Assembly (NCBI GenBank): GCA_043228905.1
Contig: JBHGNT010000004.1
Coordinates: 19,840,001 to 19,904,000, forward strand
Reading direction: 5' to 3'
Source of the DNA: Azolla caroliniana
Taxonomy: Eukaryota > Plantae > Polypodiophyta
DNA length: 64,000 nt
Positions 62,110 to 64,000 of this stretch are shown piece by piece. The position numbers were made by a program, and so were the translations under genes. Every line of letters begins with the position of its first letter. Position 1 is the stretch's first letter. Under the pieces are notes generated by a model that worked only from the letters and a program-made list of their open reading frames with translations, did no database searches and was not told the DNA's origin.

Positions 62110-63477
62110 TGTCGTGAAAATACGACGAAGATACGTGAACTTGAGGCAGGACCTTGGGGCCTCAGACTAGAGGATAACAAAATCGTGAGTTTGTATTAAA
62201 GAATTAACGGAAATGAGAAAGTTTATCAAGTTTTATTAGCAAAGGAAAAGAAAAATTACAATCTATCCCAAGATTGGGATTACAAAAGTTTAGGTTTAAA
62301 GATATTAATAGATAAGAAAAATTAGGTTTTTTGGGTGATATGGCTTCCGTAAGGAAAATTAGAGTTTATGCAGAGATAGCTTCCAAAAACTTAAGGAATA
62401 AAAAATTATATAATAATAATCATCATCCTATTACATTGTGCTTTCCATGCTTATATAGTGATGGGAGAGGCTTCGCACCTAGCAATCCATGTTTTTTCTC
62501 TCCTATCTATGGACTATATGCTTTCCCTATTTATAGACTATATGTTTTCTCTATCTATAGACTATATGCTTTCTCTAACATGCTTCTTCTAAAAGTGATC
62601 ATGCTTCTTCTTCTTTTTTATCCTCATGCATTTTTATCGACTATAGTGTTTATGCATGTGAGATGTGCATGAATAGCTTTTTCGATCATGCATTGTCTTT
62701 TAACTAAACTTTTATGCACTCTACGTTCAACTACATGCGTCCACACATGACCTTTTACTTTAGTTGCATGCGACCGTACAGTTCAAGCTATGCAGGATTT
62801 GTACAGTCGTCTCGATAGATCCGACCTCTCGACATTCCCGACCATCCCAATCCGGACAGTGCAAACCGTTCCAAAAATCATTTTGAGCAATTCCATCCAC
62901 ATTTGTTCATCCAAGAAGTTCCATCACATCCGTCCGAACAACTCGGCCAAAATCGCTCCGATTGTTCTATGCTCCAAACACAAATATATGAAGTAATTGA
63001 TTCTGGGTCTACTTATATAATGTTGGATCCTATATTATCCTATCTATGTGGGATATCTTAAAGTTCTATTTTCCCCATCTTCTCAAACACAAATATATAA
63101 AGTAATTGATTCTGGGTCTGCTTATATAATGTTGGATCCTATATTATCCTATCTATGTGGGATATCTTCTCAAACAAAAATCGCTCTGATTGTTCTATGC
63201 TCCAAACACAAATATATGAAGTAATTGATTCTGGGTCTCCTTATATAATGTTGGGTCCTATATTATCCTATCTCTGTGGGATATCTTACAGTTCTATTTT
63301 CCCCATCTTCTCAAAATTCATACTCGCATAACTTGATACTTAGTCGTCTGTTTCATATGTAGTAAAATGCGTTCAAAAGCTCTTGAAGACATCCATCTTT
63401 CCCATATCAAACCATTACACTAATCTAGAATAATTATTTCATTATTTTTCATATCGTGTGTGAAGAACCACACGACA
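62110..63477 (-). mobile_element. Solo LTR of a more distant member of the TGTCGT...ACGACA family
   Basis: Ends TGTCGTG...CACGACA; 4-bp TSD CCGG; shares CCTATTACATTGTGCT...TAGTGATGGGAGAG with the LTR at about 22695; splits the gag of copia A. Confidence 0.85.
62950..63315. repeat. Three about 100-120-bp tandem repeats inside the solo LTR
   Basis: CAAACACAAATATATRAAGTAATTGATTCTGGGTCT...GTGGGATATCTT occurs three times. Confidence 0.85.
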
Positions 63478-64000
63478 CCGGTTTCCGACGCCGCTTTGAC
63501 TCCCCTACTCGTGGAGGGTCTGGAACTGTTGTCGGCACTATCTTTGTGCCTCTGATTCTACTCTTGCCAACCGCCGCTATTGTGTGCCGACACACCTCGT
63601 CCTCCACGCCCATGGGGCCGATCCGCCTCCGTGTACAGCATTTGGTTATCTGGTTTAGTGGTCCTCGACCCACTCGCGTAGTTTTCCTCGACCATCAGCA
63701 TCGATTGCAGATCGAAGGAGCACATTGGTTTCTACTAGGTACAAATTGTCATCCGGATTGGCCCATACCGTTGTGCTGGACCACCAAGGCAAATTTGAAC
63801 CATCTCGTCTTTCTCCACCGTCATGTTGACGGACCCGACCGCATCGCAAATCTCCCTGATCTTGGTGGTGTAGTCGGTAACCGACATGTCCCATTGCCAA
63901 ATACTGTTGGGTTCTTGTCGGAGCTACAATTTCTAAGCCATGGTACTTGCGGCGAAAATCTTCCAGAGATTTTCCCAAGCCAACGTGGCGTTTTCGCGGC

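Larger units (their letters stand above)
51843..64000 (-). mobile_element. Decayed Ty1/copia element A, hosting nested insertions; 5' end beyond the window
   Basis: 3' LTR 51843-52270 with PPT CTTGAGGGGGAG; RNase H (YTDADWAGD, HIEVHYHF), RT (YVDDLVI), integrase, protease (WYVDSGSSNHM) and gag. The reading frame is continuous across the 52628-58393 and 62110-63477 insertions. Confidence 0.9.

Overview
Eukaryotic, intron-containing, transposon-dense plant DNA; the TE lineages suggest a non-seed land plant (inference only). Host genes are three intact two-exon family-1 UDP-glycosyltransferases (6345-8221, 12874-15056, 38558-40919) and the orphaned promoter of a probable fourth, deleted copy. Most of the rest is nested mobile DNA: two Ty3/gypsy elements, at least five Ty1/copia elements or fragments, two hAT-type MITEs, and a family of LTR elements with TGTCGT...ACGACA ends and CG-centred 4-bp TSDs. 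The standout is a DNA transposon family present twice in opposite orientations (about 31548-36857 and 44979-51238). It pairs a Sola/DUF7869-type DDD/E transposase head-to-head with a six-exon gene encoding a ParB/Srx-like domain fused to a bacterial-type beta-class N4C/N6A DNA amino-methyltransferase. The first intron of that gene holds an array of long palindromes whose arms co-vary between copies, resembling parS/operator sites. Both copies are decayed. All family assignments are by motif recognition, not database search, and coordinates were counted by hand.
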